This document shows positions 27,785 through 37,223 of a stretch of 64,000 bases of DNA, piece after piece (the stretch's first letter is position 1; each line of letters begins with the position of its first letter). Made by a program: the position numbers and the translations under genes. Location of the stretch: NCBI GenBank assembly GCA_965242865.1, contig CBDETK010000013.1:4128001-4192000 (forward strand). Direction: 5' to 3'. Source of the DNA: Candidatus Latescibacterota bacterium (GTDB lineage: Bacteria > Latescibacterota > UBA2968 > UBA8231). The notes beneath the pieces were generated by a model, which saw only the letters and a list, made by a program, of their open reading frames with translations, was not told the DNA's origin and did not search any database.

Positions 27785-28783
27785 CTAGCCCGCCAAATCC
27801 AATTTATCCAGCACTTTTTTGTTGACCACGTGATCGGGGACTCTGCCCCGCAATAGCGCGACGATGCTCTGGGCGGCGACGAGGGCCATGCGCTTGCGGG
27901 CGCTTAGGGTCTTGGAGCCGGTGTGGGGCAGGGCCAGCACCTCGTCGCGGCGGACTAGGTCGAGGGATTGGCCTTGCGGCGGCTCAGTGGCTTGGCAGTC
28001 GAGCCCGGCACCGGCTAAGTGGCCGCTGTCGAGCGCGGCGATCAGGGCGGCCTCGTCAACCAAACCGCCGCGAGCGGTGTTGATCAAGTAGGAACCCTTT
28101 TTCATAAGGCCGAGGAACTCGGCATTGACGAGATGGCGGTTTTGCTCGGCCAGCGGCAGGTGCAAGGTAACGGCGTCGGCTTGGGACAGGAGCGCGGCGC
28201 GGTCGGCCGGCTCGGCGCCGAGGGCGCGGATTTGTGCGTCGTCGAGATAGGGATCGTGGACCAAGACCTGCATCTTGAAGCCGCGAGCGCGGCGCACGAC
28301 TTCGGCGCCGATGCGCCCACAGCCGACCAACCCCAAGGTCATGACGCAGAGATCTTCGCCAACGGGAACGTCGTAGGTGCCTTCCGCCTTGACCCGCTGG
28401 TCGCCCAACCGGAGCGAGCGCACCATGCCGAGGAGCAAGGCAAAGGTCAGGTCGGCCACGGCGTCGGCCATGGCGCCGGGGGTATTGGTGACGACGATGC
28501 CGCGCTGGGTGCAGTAATCGAGATCGACCTTGTCGAAGCCGACGCCGTTGCGGGCGATGATCTTGAGCTGGGTTGCTCGGTCCATGGTAGCGGCGTTGAG
28601 GTTTTCGCCGCCGGCCAGCAGGGCGTCGAAGCCGTTTAGCTTAGTGCGCGTCTCCGCGTCGGGCCAGCCGGGTTGGGGCTGCTGGACCTCGATGGCGAAG
28701 CCGGCGCGCCCCATAAGCGCACGGGCTTGGCTTTGGCCTTGAAACTCGATTTCGACGCTGGACAGGATGCGGGGTTGAGCCAT
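27785..28783 (-). CDS. D-isomer 2-hydroxyacid dehydrogenase (phosphoglycerate dehydrogenase-like)
   Basis: ARNGVGFDKVD, VTNTPG, GCGRIG, INTARGGLVDE, PHTGS. Confidence 0.9.
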   Translation of the reverse strand: MAQPRILSSVEIEFQGQSQARALMGRAGFAIEVQQPQPGWPDAETRTKLNGFDALLAGGENLNAATMDRATQLKIIARNGVGFDKVDLDYCTQRGIVVTNTPGAMADAVADLTFALLLGMVRSLRLGDQRVKAEGTYDVPVGEDLCVMTLGLVGCGRIGAEVVRRARGFKMQVLVHDPYLDDAQIRALGAEPADRAALLSQADAVTLHLPLAEQNRHLVNAEFLGLMKKGSYLINTARGGLVDEAALIAALDSGHLAGAGLDCQATEPPQGQSLDLVRRDEVLALPHTGSKTLSARKRMALVAAQSIVALLRGRVPDHVVNKKVLDKLDLAG

Positions 28784-28795
28784 CTGTTCCTCATT

Positions 28796-29797
28796 CTATT
28801 GGGGAGTAAAGCGGGTGTGTTCATAGGCCGCGAAAGGAGTGGCCACCCCCAGCTCGTCGGCTAGGTCTTGAAGGTTCTGCTGGTGCTGGGGGCTGAGGGG
28901 TACGCCGTCGCGGGCGTATGCGCGCTCCCGTTGCCACTCCAGATTGCCGGGCAGTTCGGCGCGGTTGAGGCCCGGGAAGGGCCGCATGTTGTGTACAGCG
29001 GCGACGAATGCGTCCATCTGCGCGTGGAATTCGTCTAACGGCATAAAGGCGCGCACGTCAAAGGCGGCGAGGAAGGCTCCTTGATTGGACTCCCAAGGCG
29101 AGGTCGGCGGGATAAATTGCGGCAGGTAAATCCCGGCCAACACGCCGCCCAGGGCCCGGTTTACCGCGCCGATGCCCAGTTCCTTAAAAAAGGCAAAGGG
29201 GATCTGGGCGAAGAGGTTTTCATCCCAAGGCAGCATGAAGGCCCCCATGTCGAGCACGAGGGGCGGTTGCTCCCGGTTGGGGAAGGCAATGCTGATCGGC
29301 GAAGCGGCGTTGACGCCTTTGACTAGCGAGTCCGGCGGCAGCTCGTAGCGGTGCGAGGAGATGGCGATCCCAATGCAGCCGGCCGCGGCCGCTATCCGCG
29401 AGTACTTGCCGGCGCTGCCGAAGTGGAAGTGGTTGCGAGTGGTGGCCGCGGCCGTGCCGTACTCGGCGGCCGTCTCGGCTGCCCAAGCCATGGCTTGGTG
29501 ACAGGACAGGTGGCCGAGGCCGCCATCGCCGTCATAGACGCGGGTAGTGGTCGTTGCGCTGACCGCCTTTATATTAGGGCGGGGATTGACGCGGCCTTCG
29601 AGCATCAGGCGCACGTAGCCGGGGAGCTGCCAAGTTCCGTGGCTGTGAACGCCGCGCAGGTCCGTCGCGGTCAAAAGGTCGGCGAGGAGCTGGGCGTCTG
29701 CTAAGTTAGTGCCGGCCTTGCGAAAGAAACTGGCGGTGAGTTGGCGCAAGGCGGCGGCTGGGATGCGAAGGCCCTCGGCCGGTGGCGTGTTTCCCAT
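28796..29797 (-). CDS. Ldh_2 family (malate/L-sulfolactate-type) oxidoreductase
   Basis: DLRGVHSHG, DGDGGLGH, HFG, PISIAFP..LDM. Confidence 0.85.
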   Translation of the reverse strand: MGNTPPAEGLRIPAAALRQLTASFFRKAGTNLADAQLLADLLTATDLRGVHSHGTWQLPGYVRLMLEGRVNPRPNIKAVSATTTTRVYDGDGGLGHLSCHQAMAWAAETAAEYGTAAATTRNHFHFGSAGKYSRIAAAAGCIGIAISSHRYELPPDSLVKGVNAASPISIAFPNREQPPLVLDMGAFMLPWDENLFAQIPFAFFKELGIGAVNRALGGVLAGIYLPQFIPPTSPWESNQGAFLAAFDVRAFMPLDEFHAQMDAFVAAVHNMRPFPGLNRAELPGNLEWQRERAYARDGVPLSPQHQQNLQDLADELGVATPFAAYEHTRFTPQ

Positions 29798-29929
29798 GAT
29801 GGCTCGCTGAGTAGGGGTAAAAAAGCGAATTATATACGGGGTTGGGCGCGGGCGTGTCAAGCAGCCGCCGCGGCTTTCCAATCCGCATTTAGGCGATAAA
29901 ATTTACAACCTGTCAAGGAGCGAAAAGAC

Positions 29930-30988
29930 TTGTTTGAATCAACCGATGATCTGCGCATTGCCCAGCTCAAACCGCTGATACCACCGGCGATTCTGATGGA
30001 AGAGTTGCCCATTTCGGAAAGGGCCGCCCACACCGTGGCCTCGGCCCGGTGCGCCTTGGACGCCATACTCGCCGGAGCGGACGACCGGCTAGTGGTGGTG
30101 GTCGGCCCGTGTTCGATTCACGATCCCCAAGCCGCGCTTGACTACGCGGCCCGGCTACAGGAAAGGGCCTCGGCCCTAAGCGACGAGTTGTGCGTGGTGA
30201 TGCGCGTGTACTTTGAGAAGCCGCGCACGACCGTCGGCTGGAAGGGGTTGATCAACGACCCGCACTTGGACGACAGCTTTGACATCAACAGCGGCTTGCG
30301 CGCCGCGCGTGGCTTGCTGGTGCAGTTGGGGGATATGGGCTTGCCGGTCGGTTCCGAATTCCTCGATACCATCACGCCGCAGTTTATCGCCGACTTGATC
30401 GCTTGGGGCGCCATTGGTGCTCGCACGACCGAGAGTCAGGTTCACCGCGAATTGGCTTCGGGGCTGTCGATGCCGGTTGGCTTCAAGAACGGGACCGCGG
30501 GCAGTGTGCAAATCGCCCTCGACGCCATCGGGGCCGCCCGGCATCCGCATCACTTTCTGTCGGTGACCAAGCAGGGTATTGCGGCGATTGTCGGGACTGC
30601 GGGCAATGCGAGTTGTCATCTGATTTTGCGCGGCGGCCGCGACGGTCCCAACTACGACCCCGCCAGCGTCGGCGCGGCCGCGGCGCAGCTCAAAGAGGCG
30701 GTCTTGCCGCATCGCGTGATGATCGATTGCAGCCACGGCAACAGCGCCAAAGACCACGAGCGTCAGCCGGCTGTGGTGCGCGCGGTGGCCGCGCAGGTGG
30801 CGGGAGGGACGCGGGATATTTTCGGGGTGATGCTGGAGAGCCACCTAATCGAGGGCAGTCAGAAACAGCAGGCAGGCAAGGCGTTGGTGTATGGACAGAG
30901 CATTACCGATGCCTGCATTGGGTGGGAGACGACGGTGGCGGTGTTGGAGGAATTGGCCGCGGCCGTGGCAACGCGGCGAAACATCTAA
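29930..30988 (+). CDS. aroG: DAHP synthase, class I-alpha (AroF/G/H type; feedback type not determinable)
   Basis: GPCSIHD, MRVYFEKPRTTVGWKGLINDP, IGARTTESQVHRELASGLS, DCSHGNS, YGQSITDAC. Confidence 0.93.
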   Translation: MFESTDDLRIAQLKPLIPPAILMEELPISERAAHTVASARCALDAILAGADDRLVVVVGPCSIHDPQAALDYAARLQERASALSDELCVVMRVYFEKPRTTVGWKGLINDPHLDDSFDINSGLRAARGLLVQLGDMGLPVGSEFLDTITPQFIADLIAWGAIGARTTESQVHRELASGLSMPVGFKNGTAGSVQIALDAIGAARHPHHFLSVTKQGIAAIVGTAGNASCHLILRGGRDGPNYDPASVGAAAAQLKEAVLPHRVMIDCSHGNSAKDHERQPAVVRAVAAQVAGGTRDIFGVMLESHLIEGSQKQQAGKALVYGQSITDACIGWETTVAVLEELAAAVATRRNI

Positions 30989-31106
30989 GGAGGGTTCTTA
31001 AAGCTAGGGTTTCGGTCTCTGATTCGGCTTGGTCCTTTGCTGGATTCCCGCTTTCGCGGGAATGACCGTACTAGGCCAAAAGCAACATGAGTTTTAAGAA
31101 CGCTTC
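30989..31106. mobile_element. 118-bp MITE-like element containing a family-B hairpin
   Basis: Imperfect 17-bp terminal inverted repeats GGAGGGTTCTTAAAGCT / AGTTTTAAGAACGCTTC, flanked by TAA on both sides. Internal CTGGATTCCCGCTTTCGCGGGAATGAC at 31040-31066. Confidence 0.6.
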
Positions 31107-31123
31107 TAAGGAGGGTTCCGACG

Positions 31124-32239
31124 ATGGCTACATACCGCGTGGGGTTGATCGGGGCCGGGCGCAAAGGCACGCAGCACGCCCGCGCCTATATGCTTGACGA
31201 GCGCACGGAGTTGGTGGCCGTGGCCGATGGCGACCCGGAGAATTTAGCGCTGTTGCAAAAGCGCACCGGGGTGCCCGGTTATGCGGACTATCGCCAGATG
31301 CTGCAAAAAGAGGGGCTCGACATTGCCGCGCCGATTTTGCCGGTCCATGCCAACCCAGAGGTCGTCATCGCCTGCGCTCAGGCCGGGGTTAAGGCCATTC
31401 TCTGCGAAAAGCCGATCGCGGCCTCACTCGAAGAGGCCGACCAAATGGTCGCCGAGTGCAAACGCCGGCGCGTCTGGTTTGGTGCCGGCGACTTGGACGT
31501 GAACCTGCCGGCCTACCAAAAGGCCCTGGCGTTCATCGACGCCGGCGAGTTGGGGCCGGTCAAGCGCATCGCGCTGCTCGGCGGGTCGGGCACGGAGATG
31601 TCGGGTGGGGGCTGCCAGCGCTTTACCCTGATGCGCCACTTTGCAGGATGCGCCGAGGTGGCGTGGGTATCGGGCTGGGTCCGCGACGATCCCCTGAGCG
31701 ACCACGACCAAGGCGGGGCCGGGTACGTGCGCTTTACCAATGGGATTGAGGCGTTTATCGCCCGGGACGAGGATGTGCGCGGCCGCGGCTACGAGGTGGC
31801 CTGTGAGGGCGGGGTCTTCCGCTCGGACGACCATCTCGCCGGCTTGTACCGATACGTCGAAGGCGCCGGAGCGAGCTGGGAGAAGTTGGAAAAAATCGAG
31901 GGCGTCTTGCCGGAAGGGCCAATCTACGGCGCGCAACGCGGGTACGACGCCGAGGGCTGGCGGTGGCCCGGAGACCGCAATGTGGCAAGCTGCAAGGCCA
32001 TTATCGACGCGCTGGACCGGGGCGAGGACCCACCCGGCAGCGGCGAGAACGGCGTCAAGGTCCTCGAAATGGCCATTGCGGTGCGCGAGTCGCACCGGCG
32101 GGGGTGTGCGCCGGTGGCGTTGCCGCTGGCCGACCGCAGCCTACGCATCATCCCCAACCCCTCGCGGATGTACAACAAGAAGCCGCTCTTGGGCCGCGAA
32201 AAATACATGGATCAGGTTTTGTCCCACAAGAAGGACTGA
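31124..32239 (+). CDS. Gfo/Idh/MocA family oxidoreductase
   Basis: VGLIGAGRKG..HA, CEKPIA, LEMAIAVRES. Confidence 0.85.
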   Translation: MATYRVGLIGAGRKGTQHARAYMLDERTELVAVADGDPENLALLQKRTGVPGYADYRQMLQKEGLDIAAPILPVHANPEVVIACAQAGVKAILCEKPIAASLEEADQMVAECKRRRVWFGAGDLDVNLPAYQKALAFIDAGELGPVKRIALLGGSGTEMSGGGCQRFTLMRHFAGCAEVAWVSGWVRDDPLSDHDQGGAGYVRFTNGIEAFIARDEDVRGRGYEVACEGGVFRSDDHLAGLYRYVEGAGASWEKLEKIEGVLPEGPIYGAQRGYDAEGWRWPGDRNVASCKAIIDALDRGEDPPGSGENGVKVLEMAIAVRESHRRGCAPVALPLADRSLRIIPNPSRMYNKKPLLGREKYMDQVLSHKKD

Positions 32240-32253
32240 GAAGGAGCCCAGCC

Positions 32254-33825
32254 ATGGACCGCCCTCGTTTGATTCACTACAACGACGCGCACCACTTTCA
32301 CGCCAAGCGGCTCGACCCCCCGGCCAGCCGCCACCTCCTGCACTGGCCAGTAGATGAGGTCTTGGGTACGGGCGTGGAGCTGCTGGTTTTGGGATTGGGT
32401 TATAGCGACGTCTTCTTTCACCAGAGCGCGGTCGGCCGCGTGGTGGGGCAGGGGAAGGAGGTGTGGGAAAACTACATTGACTGGCGGATCATGCGGATGG
32501 TCGAGGCGGCCAAGGAGCTGGGCACGGACCAACTGCGGGCGGTGATTGAGCGCGGCCGGGAGACGGGGCTAAAGGTCTTTCCCAGCCTAAAGCTGCAGGA
32601 CTCGGCCCGGCCGGGACACGAGCGGTCGGGGCGGCTCAAGGAGCAGCGCGGGGCCGAGGTGTGCATTGGCGACGCGGGCCGGGCCGAGTGGTGTTACGAC
32701 TACGCGCAAGCGGCCGTACAGGAAGACAAGCTGGCCCTCATCGGCGAGGTGTTGGAAGGCTACCGAGCCGATGGATTGGAACTGGATTTTTGCTTTGACA
32801 ACTTCTATTTCAAACAAGATGAAATTCAAAAAAACGCGCCGCTGATGACCGAGTTCGTGGCTAAGGTGCGGCGCTTGGCCGAGGAAATCGGTGCGCGGCA
32901 GGGCCGCAACATTCCGCTCATGGCGCGGGTCCACCTCAAAGAGCAAGACAACCTCGCCGTGGGGTTGGACGTGGCGGCGTGGGTCCGGGCCGGCAGCCTC
33001 GATTGGGTCGTCGGCCAAGACGCGAATGTGCTGGTTGACGTAGGTATTCAAGCGCCGTGGTTGGCCGAGGTGGCCGACAATGCGGACGTTGCGGCGTATT
33101 ACCGGCCACCGCGCCGGATATACGACGAGCGGGTGGGCTTGCCGAGCATTGAGATGTACCGCGCCCTCAGCCAGACTTTAGCTTGGCAGGGCTACGCCGG
33201 GATGTATTTGGGCTATATGCCTTGGCCCTTTGCCGAGCGCGAGTACCAAATCCTGCGCGAGGTGGCCTATCCGCAAGCCCACGCCCGGCGCGACAAACGC
33301 TACCTGCTGCCGCCACGCGAGGGCGCGATTGGGGAGGCGACTTGTACGCCGGAGCGCCAAGTGCCGCAACCGCTCTTGGCTGGCGAGACGGTCGCGCTCG
33401 ATATCTGGGTGGCCGACGATGTGGAGAGCGCCCGCCGCGACGGCGAGCTGCGCCCAGCCATTCTGACGCTGCGCTTTGCCTTTTTCTGCATTGAGGACGA
33501 GATAGAAATGCGCTTTAATGGTCGCGTCCTGTCCCGCGCCGAAGCCGAAATCAGCGACGAGCGGGCGTTGACCATACCCCTACAACTCGCCGGAAATATG
33601 GCGGTGCAAGCCCCGTTGGGTTTTTCCGCGCATTGGTTCCGCTTTCGCTTGGCCCCAGAGGAAATAAGGCGCGGCGCCAATCGGGTTGAGATTGAGGTGA
33701 AGAAGCTGGAGGCACGTGCGGGTTTTGCCCGTAGCATCAATGGAGCGGAAATTTTGCTCCGCTACAAGGATTTTGTGCGGCCTGAAGGCTTGGTGCTGGA
33801 ACGGATTGCGCCGCTGGGGGGTTGA
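32254..33825 (+). CDS. Putative TIM-barrel glycoside-hydrolase-like protein (GHL10-related) with C-terminal beta-sandwich
   Basis: RBS AAGGAG. RLIHYNDA, DYAQAAVQ..EVLEGYRADGLELDF, GLDVAAWV motifs. Confidence 0.6.
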   Translation: MDRPRLIHYNDAHHFHAKRLDPPASRHLLHWPVDEVLGTGVELLVLGLGYSDVFFHQSAVGRVVGQGKEVWENYIDWRIMRMVEAAKELGTDQLRAVIERGRETGLKVFPSLKLQDSARPGHERSGRLKEQRGAEVCIGDAGRAEWCYDYAQAAVQEDKLALIGEVLEGYRADGLELDFCFDNFYFKQDEIQKNAPLMTEFVAKVRRLAEEIGARQGRNIPLMARVHLKEQDNLAVGLDVAAWVRAGSLDWVVGQDANVLVDVGIQAPWLAEVADNADVAAYYRPPRRIYDERVGLPSIEMYRALSQTLAWQGYAGMYLGYMPWPFAEREYQILREVAYPQAHARRDKRYLLPPREGAIGEATCTPERQVPQPLLAGETVALDIWVADDVESARRDGELRPAILTLRFAFFCIEDEIEMRFNGRVLSRAEAEISDERALTIPLQLAGNMAVQAPLGFSAHWFRFRLAPEEIRRGANRVEIEVKKLEARAGFARSINGAEILLRYKDFVRPEGLVLERIAPLGG

Positions 33826-33873
33826 GTGCTCCTAAGTACGCGTTGAGTCCACATTTTTACTACTCCCGCTGAA

Positions 33874-33905
33874 TCCGGGGTCGAGGGCAAGATGCCCTCG
33901 ACCCT
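33874..33905. repeat. REP-like repeat family A (single hairpin)
   Basis: GGGTCGAGGGCAAGATGCCCTCGACCC between convergent genes. Confidence 0.75.
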
Positions 33906-33945
33906 TAGAAAGCTGGTCGCTGGTATCGTGCAGTAAGGCCGCCAG

Positions 33946-35331
33946 CTACTCCTGCGCGAAAGATTGGTGTGTGCAATGTCCCCCCACCGGCCTGAGTTGC
34001 CCCTTGCCGGTCACCGCATAGTTGCGGCCGTCGCGCTCGGGCACCACGTAGCGTTCGTACCACGCCTCCAGTCGCTGCTTCAGCTCGCCAATCCGCTCGG
34101 CTTGCTTGGGATCGCCCGCTAAATTGGTGCGCTCGCCCGGGTCGTTGGCGAGGTCGTAGAGTTCATGTGGTCCGTCTGGATAGCGGTGGACGTATTTCCA
34201 ATCCTCGGTACGCATCATCCGCGTCGCCCCGTACTCGTCGTAGATCACGACCTCCGCCTGACCGGGGTCGTCGGCTCCCAACAACAGCGGCAACACGCTC
34301 TGGCCGGGTAGGTCGAGCTGGGCTGGCAGCGGCAACGCTAGATAATCGAGCAAGGTCGGCATGAAATCGTAGGCACTGACCAGGCCCTTTTGGACGCCTC
34401 CCGCAGGGATGCGACCGGGGTGGCTGACGACGAAGGGCACCTTGATCGAGTTCTCATACATGTTCAGCGGATAGGTCCCATTGCCCTTGCCCCAGAACCC
34501 GTGGTGGCCGCAGCTAAAGCCGTTGTCGCTGGCAAAGACCACTAGCGTGTCCTCGCGCAGCCCCCTTTCCTCCAGCTTGTTGAGGATCCGCCCGATGTCG
34601 CGGTCCATTGCGGTCACCGCCGCGAAATAGCCCTTGAGCATCTCGCGGTTGCCCAAGCAGCCCTCGCTCAGCGATTGCCCCACCGCCCACGGGTGAATCT
34701 CCTCCTGCGGACAGGAGTCAAACGCGCAGTCGTCGTAGGAATCGACGATTTCTTGCGGGTGGCCGGTCCACGGACTGTGCGGCGCAGTGTAGTGGACGCC
34801 TAAGTAAAAGGGCGCGTCGCCGTCGGCCTGCCGGTCGATAAATGCCAGCGCGTCGTTGGTGATCGCCGTGGTGACGTAGCCGCGCTCGGTGATCCGCTCG
34901 CCGTTGCGGATCATGGGCGCGTCGTTGTATGGCCCGCCGCCCTGCTGATGCACGTACCAATGCGCGAAGCCGTGCTGTGCGAGTTGGCTGTGCCCTAAGT
35001 GCCACTTGCCGCTTAGGCCGCAGACCCAGCCGTTTGCCGCGAGGATGTCGGTATAAGCGACCTCGCCGGCGAGATAAGCGGCTGCATCTGCGCCGACGTT
35101 GCCCCCTCTGATCCAGTCGTGTACCCCGTGCTGCGAGGAGATCCGCCCGGTCAAAAAGGTCGCCCGGCTCGGCGAGCAGACCGGCGTTGCGACGAAAAAA
35201 TTGTCAAAGCGCGTGCCGGTCTGGGCGATGCGGTCGATGGCCGGCGTGCGGATTTCCGCGTTGCCATAGCAGCCAGCGGCCCAAGGGCCTTGGTCGTCGC
35301 TGAGGATGAAGACGATGTTGGGTTTATTCAC
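33946..35331 (-). CDS. Sulfatase (FGly-dependent, Cys-type)
   Basis: PNIVFILSDD, CSPSRATFLTG, GKWHLG, SDNG, ELYDL..DPGE. Confidence 0.95.
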   Translation of the reverse strand: MNKPNIVFILSDDQGPWAAGCYGNAEIRTPAIDRIAQTGTRFDNFFVATPVCSPSRATFLTGRISSQHGVHDWIRGGNVGADAAAYLAGEVAYTDILAANGWVCGLSGKWHLGHSQLAQHGFAHWYVHQQGGGPYNDAPMIRNGERITERGYVTTAITNDALAFIDRQADGDAPFYLGVHYTAPHSPWTGHPQEIVDSYDDCAFDSCPQEEIHPWAVGQSLSEGCLGNREMLKGYFAAVTAMDRDIGRILNKLEERGLREDTLVVFASDNGFSCGHHGFWGKGNGTYPLNMYENSIKVPFVVSHPGRIPAGGVQKGLVSAYDFMPTLLDYLALPLPAQLDLPGQSVLPLLLGADDPGQAEVVIYDEYGATRMMRTEDWKYVHRYPDGPHELYDLANDPGERTNLAGDPKQAERIGELKQRLEAWYERYVVPERDGRNYAVTGKGQLRPVGGHCTHQSFAQE

Positions 35332-35343
35332 AATGTATAGCCT

Positions 35344-35853
35344 TTAGTGCGAGTCCTGTCGCCAGCGACCGAGACGCTTGCGGGTTTCCGCCTTGGGCAA
35401 CCGGCAGCGTGGGTGAGTGCTGATTGCTTTAAGACCTGAGTATAGCTCATCGGTGCTTGCAGCGGAAACCTCAAACATCCGGTCTAGCAGCCACAAAACA
35501 CCGTGACAATCGACCTGCTCTTCGTTGGCCAACCTACGCAGCGGACCATCACCCGTGAGTAAGGTCCAAGTGTTTCTTGCCGCAAGGGCCAGAGCGAAGC
35601 TATCCGGTAGCGAGATCAACGGCTGCTTGCTCCGGTAGCCAAGGGCACAAGCGACGCCAGTGTTATCTAGTTCCTCGATCCGCAAGCCGAGCCTGAGCAG
35701 ATTATCGCCTCCGTGGTTTTTTAGTTCTCGTTCGTACAAAAGGTCCGGGACGGCAAACAGGAACGGGAGGCGAAAGCAGGTCTCTAGCAATGCCCCGCGC
35801 TCGAGATCAATCAGGATGGATGTGTCGGAGACCAGCACGTTCATAGGCTTCAT
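35344..35853 (-). CDS. PIN-domain protein (DUF3368/DUF4411-like putative RNase toxin)
   Basis: VLVSDTSILIDL, YEREL, SLPDSFALALA, LLTGDGPLR, HGVLWLLD. Overlaps the upstream gene end; alternative start at 35844. Confidence 0.85.
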   Translation of the reverse strand: MKPMNVLVSDTSILIDLERGALLETCFRLPFLFAVPDLLYERELKNHGGDNLLRLGLRIEELDNTGVACALGYRSKQPLISLPDSFALALAARNTWTLLTGDGPLRRLANEEQVDCHGVLWLLDRMFEVSAASTDELYSGLKAISTHPRCRLPKAETRKRLGRWRQDSH

Positions 35854-36922
35854 CGCACTCCAAGCCGGGCGGCTCCTCCATGCGCTGGTTCAACTTGTGG
35901 ACCGATGTTTCCAGCAGTTCGGCGGCCTTGGCCTCGGAGACCGCGCCCTCGGCCAAAGCGCGAAAGCACAGGCGCTCAAAGCGTTGGGGGACTTCGCCCT
36001 CCATGGCGTAAGGCTCTTTATAGGGCGGTTTGCGCCAGCCCAAACGGGAAAATTCGTTAAATAGTCGCCGGAACAAGGTTGGGCTGAAGATGCCGAGATC
36101 CTTGCAGCGATAGGTCAGTGCCTGAACGCTCACGCCGAATAGCTGCTTGAGGGCAAAAAGTTCACTCCATCCGATGGACGTGCGGTGCTTGCCGATTGCA
36201 GCCCACAGCACCTCGGCGGGCATGAGAAACGCCCCGGCGAAACGGTAGGCCGCCGTCTCGTTATCTACTTTTGCGCCGACCTCCAAGACCAGATGCCCCA
36301 ACTCATGCGCCATTGAGAGACGCTGTCGCTCTCCCCAGTGACCGCTGTTGACGACGAGGACGGGTACGGTGTCCTTGCCGACGCGGCGCACCCGCGCCAT
36401 AAGGCCGTCGATATTTCCAAGAGCACAAGAGAGCACCTTGATGCCTCGTTCTTCGAGTAGTTCGACTAGATTGGGAATAGGGTCGAGCCCTAAATCCCAG
36501 TGAAGGCGAAGACTATGGGCGGCGCGGTCGGCTTCTAAGGGATCGTTGACGACGGGATAGGAGGCTCCGCGCGGCTTGTCCCAGTCGAGGCTCGGCAAGC
36601 CGAGAAACTCCTCGACCATGAGGTAGCGTTCCAGTAAGTGCAGGACTTTAGCTTCGACCTGCATCTGCTCTCGTTTGCTCGTGAGACTTTGCTTGCGAAA
36701 CTCAACGCCCTCCAGCACCATTTCTTGGTCGCCGACCAAGTATTCTACGGGAACTGAGAGGGCGTCGGCTAGCGCAATGAGGACGCCCGAGCTTGGCATG
36801 GATTCGTCGCGCTCGTACTTGCCGATCGCCTGCGCCGTTACGCGATTTCCAATGCGTTCCTCCAAGGCGCGAAGGGACAGGCCAGCGGCAGAACGAGCGA
36901 GCTTGAGTCTCTGTCCGATCAT
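35807..36922 (-). CDS. XRE helix-turn-helix + ImmA/IrrE (M78, DUF955) Zn-metallopeptidase fusion
   Basis: IGQRLKLAR..GLS..QAIGKYE..P HTH. RLSMAHELGH zinc motif. E..AYRFAGAFLMP. FGVSVQAL. Confidence 0.92.
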   Translation of the reverse strand: MIGQRLKLARSAAGLSLRALEERIGNRVTAQAIGKYERDESMPSSGVLIALADALSVPVEYLVGDQEMVLEGVEFRKQSLTSKREQMQVEAKVLHLLERYLMVEEFLGLPSLDWDKPRGASYPVVNDPLEADRAAHSLRLHWDLGLDPIPNLVELLEERGIKVLSCALGNIDGLMARVRRVGKDTVPVLVVNSGHWGERQRLSMAHELGHLVLEVGAKVDNETAAYRFAGAFLMPAEVLWAAIGKHRTSIGWSELFALKQLFGVSVQALTYRCKDLGIFSPTLFRRLFNEFSRLGWRKPPYKEPYAMEGEVPQRFERLCFRALAEGAVSEAKAAELLETSVHKLNQRMEEPPGLECDEAYERAGLRHIHPD

Positions 36923-36937
36923 GGATGGTATTCTCCC

Positions 36938-36980
36938 TTGACAGTTTACAAATAGAATATATATTTTTTACATTGTAAAC
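36938..36980 (+). promoter_or_regulatory. Sigma70-like promoter toward CBASS overlapped by an inverted repeat (candidate operator)
   Basis: TTGACA (36938)-16 bp-TATATT (36960). GTTTACAA (36944-36951) and TTGTAAAC (36973-36980) form a perfect inverted pair. Confidence 0.6.
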
Positions 36981-37223
36981 AGGATGGGGTTGAATTTTAT
37001 CATGCGACGCTACTGGATATGACGATGACCATCACAGCAGCATTCTCTAACAGGGAGAAAGGGAGGAAATCATGGAATAGAATTTCTGTATTCGCTCTGG
37101 CGGTGCCTAGCCGCTGACTTTTTTGCAATTTACAAAAATATCTATCACCTCACAATATATAAATTACGACCGTCGAGAATGGACGACGCTTCCTGCTCCG
37201 GCGGCACAAGCAAGGAGTCTTAA

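Noticed and set aside
31963-32253. N-terminal extensions given by the ORF track (also 10588, 13416, 19955, 25193, 46749, 58796)
   Set aside because: They overlap upstream genes. Downstream starts with RBS or stop-start coupling fit better.
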